From Caldimonas sp. (GTDB taxonomy: Bacteria; Pseudomonadota; Gammaproteobacteria; Burkholderiales; Burkholderiaceae_C), in the NCBI GenBank assembly GCA_039935975.1, contig JBDTJD010000138.1, positions 1-35,220 of the forward strand: a DNA stretch of 35,220 bases. Reading direction: 5' to 3'. The position numbers were made by a program, and so were the translations under genes. This document shows positions 35,098-35,220 of the stretch, in pieces (within the stretch, counting starts at the first letter, position 1; each line of letters starts with the position of its first letter). Below the pieces are notes generated by a model that made no database searches, was not told the DNA's origin, and saw only the letters and a list, made by a program, of their open reading frames with translations.

Positions 35098-35220
35098 ATG
35101 CAACCCACCCTTCGTCTGGTCGCGACAGCGGCTGTCCTCGCGGTTGCCGGCGCGTGCGCCGTCGCCGCGCCGAAGACCATGGACCTGCCGCCGGACGGTG
35201 CGCAGTTGCGCGCCAGCCCG
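35098..35220 (+). CDS. sorB: Probable SorB cytochrome c subunit (3' truncated)
   Basis: MQPTLRLVATAAVLAVAGACAVAAPKTMDLPPDGAQLRASP is a signal peptide plus a SorB-like mature start, immediately after sorA with a GAGG RBS. No CxxCH is visible within the window. Confidence 0.65.
   Translation, partial: MQPTLRLVATAAVLAVAGACAVAAPKTMDLPPDGAQLRASP

Overview
GC-rich bacterial chromosomal segment, probably a Burkholderiales-type betaproteobacterium (inferred from gene content and codon style only). It is densely coding, with about 37 genes. I saw no rRNA, tRNA, CRISPR array, integrase or transposase. Left to right: the end of an Fe-S assembly operon (SufU-like, Nfu); a minus-strand heme-copper oxidoreductase operon (CuA subunit II, subunit I, SCO/SenC, CtaG-like membrane protein, nsrR); a redox cluster (DUF4142, cupredoxin, Rieske-FAD reductase, AhpD/CMD); an HpaR-type regulator divergent from an aromatic catabolic trio (class II aldolase, ABC binding protein, Rieske oxygenase); a membrane-anchored trehalose-6-phosphate synthase convergent with glk/DUF3014/MarR/GH144-like genes; modABC plus a short ModE; a methyltransferase, an XRE regulator and an ABC exporter; an MlaEFD-PqiC-type operon; an amidase; a large lipoprotein; a 2-hydroxyacid dehydrogenase with a decayed amidohydrolase remnant; an EAL-like/HDOD protein; and sorAB sulfite dehydrogenase. 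The standout is the heme-copper operon. Its subunit I has H-x3-N in place of the cross-linked Tyr, the gene order matches norS-norY-senC-orf1 (sNOR), it carries its own nsrR, and an NsrR-like operator overlaps a TTGACA-17bp-GACATT promoter, so it looks like a self-regulated NO reductase module. The second-best candidate is a receptor-like (TM-periplasmic domain-TM-HAMP-like) OtsA fusion.
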